Numbered from the whole stretch's first letter, positions 49,098 through 61,003 are shown. The stretch is 62,947 nucleotides of DNA, filler included, from Licmophora abbreviata (GCA_900291995.1; 12 parts of 12 records of this genome joined end to end with filler, not necessarily neighbours in it); one strand, 5' to 3'. The notes: generated by a model not told the origin, from the sequence alone. A program made the numbers and translations.

Positions 49098-51385
49098 TCA
49101 TGACTGTCCCTTCTTGTCCTTTTTTGGAAACTTTCGTGCCGACGAGAACAAATCATATTGGTCGGACGTCGCGGCATGATGCAACAAAGTCTTCTTTTGC
49201 ACCACAAACTCTCCTTTGACCATACCAACAGTATTGTCCATGACATCTCGTGGGATTGTACTATCCAAAAGAGCCTTGACGAAGCCAGTCTTGGGCCGAA
49301 TCTGAATGGGCGAGTCCGGAACCATGTCGTACTCCTCCTCCTCGTCCGCATCCATATCGTCGTCCTCACCATCCTCTTCTTCAATCTGCGACGGCGCTCG
49401 CTGTGCCCGAGCAACATTCGGAGGATCCCGATGCGACGATTCCAATGCATTGCTGTTCTCATTCGGCGACACCATTGGCGAGTCGAGCGCCGTACCACTA
49501 GTATGCATGCTCGTCGTATCCAACACCATACTCTCGGCAGCGTCCTGCGACGCCAGTTCCACATCATAATGCTGCGAATCATACGCCGAATTCTTGGACG
49601 ACACGCTCCGGTCATCCCGATGCCCACCACCACCACCACCGTACCATTGCGAATAAGCATGCTTACGACCCAGAACACGTTTATAACCGCCGTTCGCGCC
49701 ACTGTTGCGCGGCTGCGTCCGCGCCGCCACGGCCTCTGCCGTATAGTCGGTATGCGGGAAGACAAAGACGTGAACAATGGCAGCAATGAACATTTCAATG
49801 CAAATCAAGTAATCTTGCAATCCCTTGGCAACATCTTCCGACGTCCACTCATTGTCGGCATTGGATGTTGTCGACGATTGATAATGAGGAATCATGTCCA
49901 TTTGGTACAAAAGCGAGATGCTGACACTCTGCCACCATGTAAAAAACACCAAAGCCTTGACACTCAGGAACTTTCCAACCGGTCGTATCGGAGAGAGTTC
50001 ATTCTTGGTGGCAAAATAGAAGAATATCATACAGTACAGCGCCCAGCATTGCGATAGATTGGTCAAAATACAAATGTATAGATAGCCTCCCGTGTATGTA
50101 AAGTCTCCTTCCTTGTACCATCCATGGAGTTCCAATACCATGACAAAGAGACTACTGACAAACTTCAACAAGACATACTGCAACACTCCGACTTTGCACT
50201 TGACAAAGAAGGGCGACGTCCATTGCACATGCTTAATGGAACGAGGCCTCGTGCCTGTGGTGGTCTGAACGACGCGCCCCGTATCATCCATCTGAGACGA
50301 CATGACCGGCACAACGACTCGTTTTCTCGACACGGGTTGTCCCATGAGCCACGGCTTGACGCACCACTGCAGTCCCCACATGTGTACACCGCGCGTGGGC
50401 GACTTGTCCTTTAGCATGAGTATCAGTTCCTCTTCTCCGCCCAAAACTTGAATGAGAAACTGCAAAAAGCAGTAAAGTACAAAGGATTCATAGCAGTCTC
50501 GCAGCGTTTCAATGTAAATTGCAAGATGATGAAACCGCAAGCACAACCACGATTCAAAGGAATAGATTGGCACCATCCACAGTATTCTGACAATGTAGCA
50601 TTGAATGTGGGGCTGGTTGTAATTGGAAAGGTGCATCACGATGCCGTACATGCTCATTGGGAATCCAAGTAGGACAAAGGCCCCAGCGCTGAACCAAGCA
50701 ATCAAGTGAGGGTCAGTGCTGAACAAGAGAGAGAGAGTAGAACGGCAGCGTAGGGTATCAATGATGAGTGAACCCAGTGTTTCCTTTCGCACGCATGATC
50801 CGCTCTCTATTTTCAAACTTACCCATGCCGCTTGAGTTCATACGAGTACCAGACTACAAAACCCGCCATGAATACGACACTCCCCCAAAACAGAACCTTG
50901 GCGAGCAAATTCATCATGCTCAGGGTACTTCGTACGACCCGATCGTGACAGCAGTAGTTCATCAGGAACGGGAGCCGGCGGCGTGACGGGGCGGTAGTAG
51001 CACCCGTAGAATGCATTGAAGCACGTCGACTTTTGAAAGGACCTCCTGCGCCGCGTCGGGCACGACTGCGAAAGGTCGAATCGGCGTCTCTCGGTACCAC
51101 CAGGGGTGCGAGTAAATTATCATTGCCATCGGGAGCAGAGGAAGACGAGGAAGAAGAGTCATCCTGGCGCTGCTGCTGCTGTTGATCCATGGGTGATAAG
51201 TCTGAAGAAGAAGTCGCGTTTGAAAACGAAGTTTCGTCGCGAAGGTTCGGAGAAGGACTCGGTGACAGAGTCACAATTTTCATGTCGCTGTCGTCGTCGT
51301 CAGTTCGGAGCAAGGCGCCGCGTTCGAGTGATTTTGAGGACCGTTGCGACGCGGGAGACGAAGCAGGAGAAGTCCGAGTCGACAT
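49098..51385 (-). CDS. TMEM184/OSTalpha (Solute_trans_a) family membrane protein
   Basis: HLSNYNQP..Q.YIVRILWMVPIYS, RDCYESFVLYCF, GVLQY, SQCWALY, KFLSVKALVFFTWWQ, QDYLICIEMF; intron ~50719-50822. Confidence 0.92.
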
Positions 51386-52184
51386 TGGACAAATTAGAGT
51401 CTACGGGAGCGACCAGAGACTCTCCAATGTGCCACGAATGCCCAAATAAGTCAAGCTAGTAGTGCTGTTGCTGCTGTGTCCAAGAATGAAATTGGTATAG
51501 CTGTACGATGACCAAACTTCAAAACTGATAAGGGAGCGCATGTCTCTCGTTCGGGTTCTCTCTCGTTCTAGTGCTTCGAAAAGAAACCCGGCTGTTCCAT
51601 TAAAGTTGTTCGTAGATTCTACGTACCCGGGTACCAGGTATCGGACGCCAATGCCCTAATCAGGACAGACGAACAGACGCCTCCACCATCGAGTCTGTAC
51701 GTATGATACCTCAAATCATAGCTCGTACAGCGAGGTGTGAATGTGTTGTTCGAATCGGTCGAAAGGAGCAGTTGCTTTTAGATCATAAGACGCCATCCTT
51801 TCTGTGCTGAGTGGTGTCTAGAGCAATCGCCCCTCGCCATGCAAATGGCAGGAGGAGGTAGAGTAGCAGTAACTGCACCAGCCGCTACCTGTCTGTCTGT
51901 CTATCTGTCTGCACCCATGGTTGACTTACGTCACCCTTTCTACACAAAGTTTAGTACAGTTTCTACACAAGCATTGGGTTCGAAAAACGTTCCAAATTTG
52001 ACATCAGTTTTCCGCCGGTTGGCCTTGTACATGGCTTGTTCCATGGTAACAGTGAGAATCTTCTCGATACAGCAGAATCAACAAGAGCAGCAAAGAGCCT
52101 TATATGAGAAGAGCACGGATCGTACACTCTTTCGTTCGAAACTAAATCAGGAGACAAGACTACTTTTTAGAAGAGCAGAAAATC

Positions 52185-53614
52185 ATGAGGTTTCTGGTGG
52201 CGTTTCTCTTGTTGCTGCTAGCAACGATCTCCACCACAGCGGGGTTTTCCTTGAGACGTCCCATGCCATCGCCCATGGTGCAACCTGTCTATCTTCCTAC
52301 TGCTTCTACTTTTGACACAACTAGAACGACTTCGAGTGCTGTCAGTCCACTGTCGTCGGCTGCCTCGACCATGACTGTCAATGGAGGCACTGCGCCCGTG
52401 ATTACCAGTACCGACGACGAAGGAGCTTTGGGACCCATTCAAAGGCGACTCGTCAAGGTGAGTCTATGTCTGGACAAGTCAAGCGCACGTGTCATGTAGT
52501 CACTCAATGGGGCCGAAGATTCTCTGAAAGGTCCCTCGTCTCTCAATCTACAATGCACTTCGCGTCGTGCCTCATCTTCTGTTTCACATGCCAGATTGGA
52601 ATGCTCAGTTTCATTGCCAGCATGTGCCTGGCCCTTCCCCTGTCCCTACTTCCAAATCATTTGTTGTGGAAACTCAATGTGATCTCTCGAGTCCAAAAGG
52701 AACGAAATGCCCTTTGCATTGGTAAATTCTGTTGTCGATGGGTGCTCAGATTGATCCCCTTTTGCAAAGTCAAGTGCACTCCAAACTATGAAAAAGATGC
52801 GCCTCCCTGTGTCTGGGTGTGCAACCATACGAGCATGCTGGATGTGTTTTTACTTATGGCGAGCGATGGCAAGTTGCGGGGTGAGAGCCAGCGGCCTATT
52901 AAGATTGTCTATGTGAGTAGGATTTTGTTCCAACAAGCGGCTGCGAGTTGGGTCGTTGGGTGATGAGCGTTATTGTACATGTCGATGCAGTAGTGTGATT
53001 CCAGACTCGTCTCATCATGTCTTCCATCATTATGCACTTTCAAAATCTCGAACACCTCATTTCTCACTCAGTGGAAACAACTGGAAGACAATCCCGTTAC
53101 GAAACTACTCTTTCAGGAGTGCGGATTTATTCCAGTCCAAATGGCTGCCAACAAACCGGGAGAAGCAAACGACTATGACCGAGCATCCTTCCGAACGCTT
53201 CTCCAAGAGACCAAACGAGCGTTTGAGGAAGGATTTGATATTGGGATCCTACCAGAAGGACAGTTGAATCCGAATCCTGAAAAGGGACTGCTTCCTGTGT
53301 TTCCTGGTGCCTTTACACTCGCCAAACTAGCGAAGCGTCCGATTCACATGATGGCTTTGCACGGGGCACAGAGATTGTGGCATCCACAGGAGGACATTGG
53401 CATGACGCCGTCTCATAATACTGTACATATCCGATGTTATCCTAATGGAAAGGTCTACCGGAGTGCGGATGAGTTTGTCAAGACATTCACGAACGTTGTG
53501 GGATACTTTGGACAACACGGACGGGACTTGCCGAATTTGGAAGAATGGCTCGATGGGACTGCGTGGGACCGACAACTGCAAGAACAGGAGCAGCAAATGG
53601 AGCAGGAAAAGTAA
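52185..53614 (+). CDS. 1-acyl-sn-glycerol-3-phosphate acyltransferase (LPAAT/PlsC family), probably plastidial
   Basis: Signal peptide + TAG|FS; NHTSMLD (HX4D), ILPEG, GAFTLA; introns ~52458-52594 and ~52913-53071. Confidence 0.85.
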
Positions 53615-53851
53615 ACCTAGGTGGGACAGAAGAGGGAAGTGGTGGCGATGGTGAAGTAGGAGATTGTCAGTCATCGGCTAGGCCTAGATCCCAAGGATAG
53701 TAGGCATGCTATGTTGTTCTAAGTTGTGCATCGAGAGTAGCGTTGGGTATCACCAGCTTGGTGTTCACCATTTTCGGGACGCTTCAACCTCCCACGGATC
53801 TACGACAATGCCTATTCACATGTCTAGCTGGGTTCGCCTACACAAGCAGAA

Positions 53852-54715
53852 CTATGATACTGCTTTCCCCACGAGAAACAAGACAGCGTAGTCTTGCTTG
53901 TCACATCCAGGCACCGCCGGCATTTCTGCCCCCGGACGAACCGGAAAGTCGGCTCGATTGGCCCTTTGCGGGCCACCCTTCTGTTCTCCTAATGGATGAT
54001 ATCGAGCCGAGCGACATGGCAAATGAGTCACATCATACAACGTCGCTCCTTCATCCAACTTCCAGCTGCCATCCTGAAACACGGTCATACCGGTGGTCGT
54101 GGCTCGTCCTCCGGTGACGAGGTATCGCCCGGGCGGTACTGGAAACTTGGGAGACTCCATGATAAGACCATGTTCTTCGAGCCACCAGTCGTTGGGATCG
54201 AATTTCCATCCTCTAGGAGCAATGTTGTCATGAGATGCTAGTTCGGTTTGATAGTCTTTGAGCCAAACACCCCGTGGCCCGGGATCTTCCCGCCAGAGAC
54301 CCCATTGCGTTGCGCCTGTTCCAGAAGATGCGTTTGGATCACCAAGGGCCGCGATGAACTGTGTGACTGGTACTCTCTTGAAGCCAGGAGGGGTATAGAC
54401 GTTGGTCATGAACAAGCTGGCGCTCGCAAGACCAGACGCAGCAATCAAGCCGACCGCCAAGCCGTTTAGAACGAGATTGCGGCGAGCCGCGGTGTTTTCG
54501 TCGAGCGGTTCGACGTACGTTTCGTCATCCTCTGTTTCATCTTGGGGTGACGAGAATAGAGTCGACGGGCGACGACGCGCTTCCTCCACGCGGATTGCTC
54601 TTCCTCGGCAAGGCTGTTTTGGCAGATGGGAGCGATCGACGAGAAAGCCAGATCCAAGCAGTGGAAACAGAAACGTCGAAGCAAGGACACCGACAAGCAG
54701 ATGCTCAGCCTTCAT
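53852..54715 (-). CDS. Uncharacterised Trp/Gly/Pro-rich protein with plastid and possible thylakoid (twin-Arg) leader
   Basis: Signal peptide ..GSG|FL, transit, then ARRNLVLNGLAVGLIAASGLASA; mature region TQFIAALGDP...WGLWREDPGPRGVWL...DWWLEEHGLIME...YDVTHLPCRSARY. Confidence 0.7.
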   Translation of the reverse strand: MKAEHLLVGVLASTFLFPLLGSGFLVDRSHLPKQPCRGRAIRVEEARRRPSTLFSSPQDETEDDETYVEPLDENTAARRNLVLNGLAVGLIAASGLASASLFMTNVYTPPGFKRVPVTQFIAALGDPNASSGTGATQWGLWREDPGPRGVWLKDYQTELASHDNIAPRGWKFDPNDWWLEEHGLIMESPKFPVPPGRYLVTGGRATTTGMTVFQDGSWKLDEGATLYDVTHLPCRSARYHPLGEQKGGPQRANRADFPVRPGAEMPAVPGCDKQDYAVLFLVGKAVS

Positions 54716-55205
54716 TTTCTACGTGCAGAGTGCTTCTATCGCTGCTTGTTCTATCCTTTGACTCGCTAGTGCCAACCTAACACGACGGACGCAATGAACT
54801 ACTACGGTAGCAGGCACGGCTGTGCTCAATGCTCGCAACCTTGTCTACCTGGTACCCCCGCCGGTATCGTCATGGTCATGTCCGACGTCCGATCGGCGTG
54901 CGTCCTGCCTGAATCTCCGACCACTTCGACTCGAATAGTCACACTTTGAACTTTGCTTTTGAACTCCTTTTGGCGCCACAGCGACGACAGCTGGGCTGTG
55001 GGAGATGAGTGGGACGAGCAACACACACATGTCGAATGACACGGTGGATGACGACAACGACGAGGATTACCCACTATCGTCCAATAGCTACGTGCATCGT
55101 CGTCAGCTTTGGGGTCGATCCACCAGGAGCAGCCACACTAGAGAGTAGCTCCATCACATTGTCGTAGGAACATGCTTGTTTTCAACGTAGTAGTCTAGAT
55201 TGCCA

Positions 55206-57035
55206 CTACGCAAAGTACTCCAGCCCTCCTTTCTTCTTTGCTGCCACAATTGCAATCGCTTCCACAAAATCTTCGTGACCGACGGCTGATGCCTCTCGTC
55301 GCAACGCCAACATGCCCGCCTCGACGCAGACGGCCTTAATCTGAGCACCATTGAAACCATCACACGAACTCGCCAGTTCCGAGAATTCAGCACCATGACT
55401 GACATGCATTCTGCGGCTGTGAATGTAAAACATCCGCTCTCGAGCACTCTCGGATGGCATTGGAAGCTCAATCTTACGATCCAATCTACCGCTTCGTAGC
55501 AACGCAGGATCCAAAATATCGGGACGATTGGTAGCTGCAATCACCTTGACTTGGTCGTTTGGTGTGAAGCCGTCTAGTTGGTTCAACAGTTCCAGCATGG
55601 TTCGTTGTACTTCTCGTTCACCAGATTCATCGCCTCCGTATCGCTTTGTTCCAATCGCGTCAAGCTCGTCTATAAAGAGGATGGCACCTTCGCTCTCTTT
55701 GTCCTTGATTCTCTGTTTTGCCAGCTCGAACGCCTGTCGAATCATGCGACTGCCCTGCGGAGAGAAGGACAGAACGAACAACGCGACTTAGACCACGCTT
55801 CGGACAGTCAGGGCCCTTCGTGCGAACGACGATGCATCCATCGAAACAACANNNNNNNNNNNNNNNNNNNNNNNNNNNNNNNNNNNNNNNNNNNNTTAAT
55901 TAATTAANNNNNNNNNNNNNNNNNNNNNNNNNNNNNNNNNNNNNNNNNNNNGAGAGAAGGACAGAACGAACAACGCGACTTAGACCACGCTTCGGACAGT
56001 CAGGGCCCTTCGTGCGAACGACGATGCATCCATCGAAACAACATGCTACGTACTTCTCCTATATACATTTGCACCAGTGTGGGGCCCGCCAATCGAAAGA
56101 ATGTTGCGTTTGTTGAGTTGGCACAGGCACGGGCTAGCATAGTCTTACCAGTACCGGGAGGTCCATGTAGCAACACGCCCTTGGGCGGACGAATGCCAAT
56201 CGTTTCAAACATGTCTTTGTGAGTCATTGGTAGCACGACTGCCTCAATGAGTTCTTGTATCTGCTCGTCGCATCCGGCAATGTCAGCATACGATTCCCGC
56301 GGACGATCGTCTATTTCCATTGCTTTGACGCGTCCATCAAACTCGTCCGGGAGCTTCTCGAAAATCAGATACGAGTCCTTGTTGACTCCCACGAGATCGC
56401 CGGGCTGCAGAGCTTCGGGTGGGACGAGTCCAGGATGAGGTAAGAACATAGTTTGTCGAGTCGAAGTCTTAATTACGACGGTGACACCGCTTCGACTAGC
56501 ACTGCCATCCATGGCTTGACCATCGCCGTCACGATCTGGCACCACCACGCCTACAGTAGCGATGAAACAAGAGAAACAATCCACACTAGTGTGTCAGTCG
56601 TTCGGAAACGCCGAAATCGACGCGAGCATTCAATGAATCTATCGCGATACCTTCATCATTCCCTTCAATAGGCAGTACTTCGACGACTGTCGCTACCAAC
56701 AGTGGCAGCTGCGTGTTGACCTGAATCTTATCCTGGTTCTCTCGAATCTTGCGTCGCTTGGTTTCACTTTGAATGGCAATCATCTGCAGGTCCCTGCGCA
56801 TGACACGAATCTCGTTGTCTATCATCCGAGTCAGCTGTCGCAGCTCACCAGTTGTTCGATGTTGAGCTTCTCGCTCCAAATCATCTTCCAAAGGCATGAC
56901 TTGATTACCAGCACGATATCCAAGAATATCCGTTTCCTCCAGCAGATCAGAATGCGCGGAAGGCTGACTGATAAGGGTGCTGTGATCTTGCTCTTCTGCT
57001 TGCGTCGAGACCGTCTCGTCGTCTGACTTTGTCAT
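55206..57035 (-). CDS. RPT5: 26S proteasome AAA-ATPase Rpt5 (subunit 6A), multi-exon, spans a gap
   Basis: [82 protein letters not shown]. Confidence 0.92.
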
Positions 57036-57444
57036 TGTCCACAAAAGCGAAGTGTGTTTTCAGGGATCAATGTTATTCTGTCTTGGGGTCGTTTTGTGAG
57101 ATCACAATCAGAACACGGAAGATGATGAGAACTCTGTTGACACTGGCATGGTGTCAGCCATAATCCGACCCAGGAGCACAAGACGAAGGGTCACCCGGCG
57201 CGATGTTCGCAACACCCGAACCGTGAGGCCTATTTCTTCTGTGTCCACCATGGCAGCAACACTAAACAAAACGCGGCCAGCGGCAAGCTGATCGACGGAC
57301 TATACATTACGTTTACACCCTCGCAATGAGAGCATACATGATTTGAAGATGGAGCAGGCGTCACCGTTTCATCGTTAACAAAGTGGGGAGACGATGAATG
57401 CCACAGACATCCCCGTTGTACGTGTACATGCATAATATTAATAT

Positions 57445-58203
57445 CTATACTCCATCCTCTATCGCAACCTTCGGCTTGGTCTTACTACAGAACCTTTGGA
57501 CGCCGTCCACCTCTTCCATAAGCTGGTTTAGCGATTTCTGGTTTGCCATTATGGCGTCAATATCGACAAAACAGTAGGTGTCTCCTTCTCGGAGCATGTC
57601 CTCGCACTCAAAGTAGTGATGCGTGTATCCAGCCCCCTTGCACCATTCGAAGTCCGACTTGATCCAGCTCTCTAGCATATGTTTCATGTCAATGCACCAT
57701 GTGGGGAGAGACGTCGATTCTGTGAACTTGACCAAGCGTTTCTTCAGGCAGTCCTTGCCCACGTGATCCCAAGGGTTCACCCAGTTATTTTTGGCCTTCA
57801 ACTGATTCTGGAACAAGTTGATCAATTGCGCGGCCGAGTTGGCGAGGTGAGAGTTGGACACCGTATTCTCGTTCGTTTTGATTGCCCGGAGTGACGGCTC
57901 GATTTCGATCAGTGCCCGAAACGGAGTGACTCCGGACTGTACGATCCTTTCGAGCGACATTAGATAAATATTCTTCGGCCCAAAGGCGTCAGCGTAGGCC
58001 TCTAGCATTTCAGGACGAAAATTTGGATCCCCGCTGCTCCCTATCGTGTTGAGCACACATCTTTCAAAAGTGCGCCCCGGCCCATCCTTGGCCTGCTGAT
58101 TGCATTGAGAAAGTAGCTGTGACGCTTTGCCGCGATGCACGTACACAATCTTGACATGAAAGTCCCGAAGAATCTCAGCAAGCATTTCGATATAGTCCGG
58201 ATC
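57445..58203 (-). CDS. 3' part (252 aa) of a host-like gene, possibly P-loop/sulfotransferase-like; 5' end missing, read in frame from the phage terminase
   Basis: Moderate GC like the host DNA. LAEILRDFHVKIVYVHR...QLLSQCNQ loosely resembles the downstream motif of sulfotransferase-like proteins; no N-terminal P-loop present. Confidence 0.5.
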   Translation of the reverse strand, partial: DPDYIEMLAEILRDFHVKIVYVHRGKASQLLSQCNQQAKDGPGRTFERCVLNTIGSSGDPNFRPEMLEAYADAFGPKNIYLMSLERIVQSGVTPFRALIEIEPSLRAIKTNENTVSNSHLANSAAQLINLFQNQLKAKNNWVNPWDHVGKDCLKKRLVKFTESTSLPTWCIDMKHMLESWIKSDFEWCKGAGYTHHYFECEDMLREGDTYCFVDIDAIMANQKSLNQLMEEVDGVQRFCSKTKPKVAIEDGV

Positions 58204-59622
58204 CTTTGCCAGTTTGTGATTGCCTGCCGGGTCAACGATTGTGATTGCGTCCGCGAAGGCGGAACGCAGCAGCAGCGACGGCAGGGTGCGCACCTTGCCC
58301 TCGAACAGCGCCCGCCGGAACCGCTCCACATCCTCGGAGCCGTCGCGCCAGCCCATCCCGCGCCAGACACAAGGCACGCGCTCCAGCCCGGCCCCACGCA
58401 GCGCCTCGACAAACTCCGCATGGCGGAAACGGTCGCCCACGATTGCGGCCGGTGCCTGCCCGTCCAGAAGCGCCACAACGTCCGCTAAGAAGCGGTCAAC
58501 GGGCACGGTCGTGTCGCCCATTGTCACCAGCTCGCCCCGGTCGCTCATCTCGACATATCGGCCCGACACGCCGTCCGCCGCGCCACGATCCGCAAGGCCC
58601 GGTTTCGTCGGGAAGGCTGCCACGCATTCAAGCCGCGCCGTCTCCGGCCAGTAGAGCGCCGCCGCCGACATGCTGCGCGAACCGCCCAGATCAATGCCCA
58701 GAACGACAGGCCCGGCCCGTTCGGGCAGAGCATCGGGCGCGATCTCGGCCGCAAGCCATTCGTCGGTTGTCACCAGCACCGACCTATCGTCGGACGCGAC
58801 ACGCTCATTGCGGTTGAGATTGCGAAAGCTCGAAAGCGCAGAACCGCCCCGCGCCATCGCGCGCCGCGCCTGCGCAACCAGCCATTCCGGGGTTGAGCCG
58901 ATATTCTGCCGGGCGCCGGGATTGGCGATCAGCAGGCTTTCCAGATCGTCGGGCGGCAAGCCCGGCTCCGGCCGGTGTTCCTGCACGTAACTGCCGGGTG
59001 GCGGTTCATCCAGCCACCGGGAAAAGGTGTTCGCATCATCCGGAGCACTGGTCGAGATAATCAGCGCCCGGCCGTCTCTTTTGCCCAGCCCGGACAGAAT
59101 TGCGTTTTCGAGATTGTCGCCCTTTTCCTTTTCCCATGCGGCCCGTTCGTCAAGGATTGCCAGCGTCGGCGCACCGCCCAGGATCGACTTGCCGTCCGCC
59201 GCGATAACACGCGCCAGCCCGCCGCCTTTCTCGGCCGTCTCCACCTCCAGCTTGGAGCCGCGCCGGATCGTGAATTGTTCCTGTTCTTCCTCGGGCAGCC
59301 CCTCGATGAATCCGAGCAGAAAGCCAAAGGCGATCTTGGCTTGATCCCGGTTCCGGGCCGCGAAGATGATTTCCCGCTTGGGCTGCGGTGCGATCTCGCC
59401 CATCAGGTGCCCCAGCGACAGGCCCGACGAAAGCGCCGTTTTCGCGTTGCCGCGACCGATCGACAGCAGCCCCACGGCCGTGCCCTTGGCGAAGGCCCCG
59501 CGCACAAAGTCCTTTTGATAGCTCGCCAGCTTCAACCGCTTTCCGGCCGTGCGCCCCTCGGGAACCGTGAGCCGCGACAGAAAGCGCAGAGCGGCCGATG
59601 CCTCTTTCGATGCCCGCGCCAT
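58204..59622 (-). CDS. terL: Phage terminase large subunit, C-terminally truncated (473 aa)
   Basis: LASYQ (Q motif), LSIGRGNAKT (Walker A-like), AARNRDQA, LAILDE (Walker B), IIST, ANPG, GIDLG (nuclease), GDRFR; G-rich RBS before ATG 59622; ends at DPAGNHKLAK. Confidence 0.9.
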
Positions 59623-59782
59623 CAGACTGCCCCCCGGAATTTTTCTCGGAGAGAGAACGGAACAGTTGGGTGGTCGGTAACACGCCTGCATAGAAAGCCG
59701 GGTATTGGGACCACAGGCAAGGAAGTGCGCATCCCTCCAAGGGTGCGCACACTTCCCGGGGTATAAGGGGTGTGTGCGAACA

Positions 59783-59828
59783 GGGGGGTGGAACGGGGTT
59801 GGAAGGGGGTTGGAACGGGGTTGGAAAC
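59783..59828. repeat. Four tandem ~11-bp GGGGTTGGAAN repeats (candidate iterons/ori)
   Basis: GGGGTGGAAC GGGGTTGGAAG GGGGTTGGAAC GGGGTTGGAAA, immediately downstream of the helicase stop codon. Confidence 0.75.
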
Positions 59829-59833
59829 TACGC

Positions 59834-61003
59834 TCATTCCGTCACCTCCAGATGCGTGCGCCGCTTGGAAGGCGGTCCATCCTCGGCCACGCGCAGCTTG
59901 CCAGCCGACAGCAGGCGCTCCATCGCCGCCTTGAATGCGCGCTTGGTGACGCCTTCATTGTCGGGGTGATCTGAGAACACCTTGGGCGCGTAGGCTTGCC
60001 CGCCCGCTGCGTTGACGCGCCGCCCTTGCTCGGTCAGCTTGCCCAGCAGCGTGAGGAATACGCGCTCCGCCTTGGCGTTCACGGCCAGCGCATCAAGCCC
60101 GGTCGGTTGCTCATCGGGCACGAACACGCCTTCGCGCCACGTCATGTTGATCTCGCCGCCTATGCGCCCGTAATTCGCCTTCTTGGTGGACATGACGCGC
60201 TTGTCAGGGTCAGGCTCGTATCCGTCCTGAATGATGCGTGACAGGTAGAGCCGTGACCGAACGGAGTTGTTCCAAGCGGTCGAGCCGGACGTGCCGGTGC
60301 CACTGGACAGGCCCGTGAGCGACGGATGCCCCAGCAGCATGACAGCGCACCGTTGCCTCAGCGCAAGACCGCGCAGAATGCCGATGAACTGGCGCACCTT
60401 GGCGCGGTCGTTTTCGTTTGCGGGGAACACGTCCGCGAGCGTGTCCAGCACGATCAGCGCGGGTTGTTCATCCGCCGCCCGTTGCTCCAATTCCTCGAAA
60501 AGAGCGGAGTGCATCAAGGCGAGCTGCGTTTCCACGGCCAGCAGCGCATCCTCGCCCGCGAGCGAACGCAGCGTCAGCCCTTCTACATCTGTGTAATCAA
60601 GCCGCTCCGCCCTCAGAATGTCATTGAGGCGGATATGCAATTCGTCGTCGTCATCCTCGGCGCTCAGAAAGATCACACGGCCGGGATTGACCGGCTTGCC
60701 CATCCAAGCACGCTCCGCCGCCGCCGCGACGGCCAATTGCAGCGCCAAGAGGCTCTTGCCGGTGCCGCCGTCGCCTGAAAACAGCGTGACGGTTTTCTTG
60801 GGCACCAGCCCGTCCACCAGCCATTGCCGCGACGGCACGGGCTTACCTTTGAGGGTGGCGGCGCTGTAGAACGTCGATTGACGCTCGGGCGCAGGCCGAA
60901 TGATCGACGGGCCGGGCGGGTAATGAGGCTCGTCCGGGTCGCGGGGAATGTCCGCCCGGTGCGCGTCCAGGTGCGCCGCAATGTCTGAGAAACTCCGCGT
61001 CAC
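59834..61003 (-). CDS. AAA_25/RepA-like SF4 replicative helicase
   Basis: WLVDGLVP, Walker A GDGGTGKS, VIFLSAED, Walker B LIVLDTL, NEND, LLGHP, SGSTAWNNSVRSR, KANYG; C-terminal wHTH-like tail. Confidence 0.92.
   Translation of the reverse strand: MTRSFSDIAAHLDAHRADIPRDPDEPHYPPGPSIIRPAPERQSTFYSAATLKGKPVPSRQWLVDGLVPKKTVTLFSGDGGTGKSLLALQLAVAAAAERAWMGKPVNPGRVIFLSAEDDDDELHIRLNDILRAERLDYTDVEGLTLRSLAGEDALLAVETQLALMHSALFEELEQRAADEQPALIVLDTLADVFPANENDRAKVRQFIGILRGLALRQRCAVMLLGHPSLTGLSSGTGTSGSTAWNNSVRSRLYLSRIIQDGYEPDPDKRVMSTKKANYGRIGGEINMTWREGVFVPDEQPTGLDALAVNAKAERVFLTLLGKLTEQGRRVNAAGGQAYAPKVFSDHPDNEGVTKRAFKAAMERLLSAGKLRVAEDGPPSKRRTHLEVTE

Noticed and set aside
5456..55950. TTAATTAATTAA recurring at eleven sites
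   Set aside because: Always centred in ~100-nt N runs; an artificial six-frame-stop scaffold linker, not biology.
55760..56043. ~92-bp direct repeat inside the RPT5 intron
   Set aside because: Identical copies abut either side of the gap: an unmerged contig overlap.
1..58200. Bacterial-type genes (HU, purU, DUF1810, HINT) as evidence that the whole window is bacterial
   Set aside because: They are interleaved with intron-containing eukaryotic genes, share host composition, and HU has an intron and a plastid leader.
57445..59691. 748-aa ORF as a naturally extended terminase
   Set aside because: Composition and protein character change abruptly at ~58204, and the likely start is ATG 59622; treated as a chimera.
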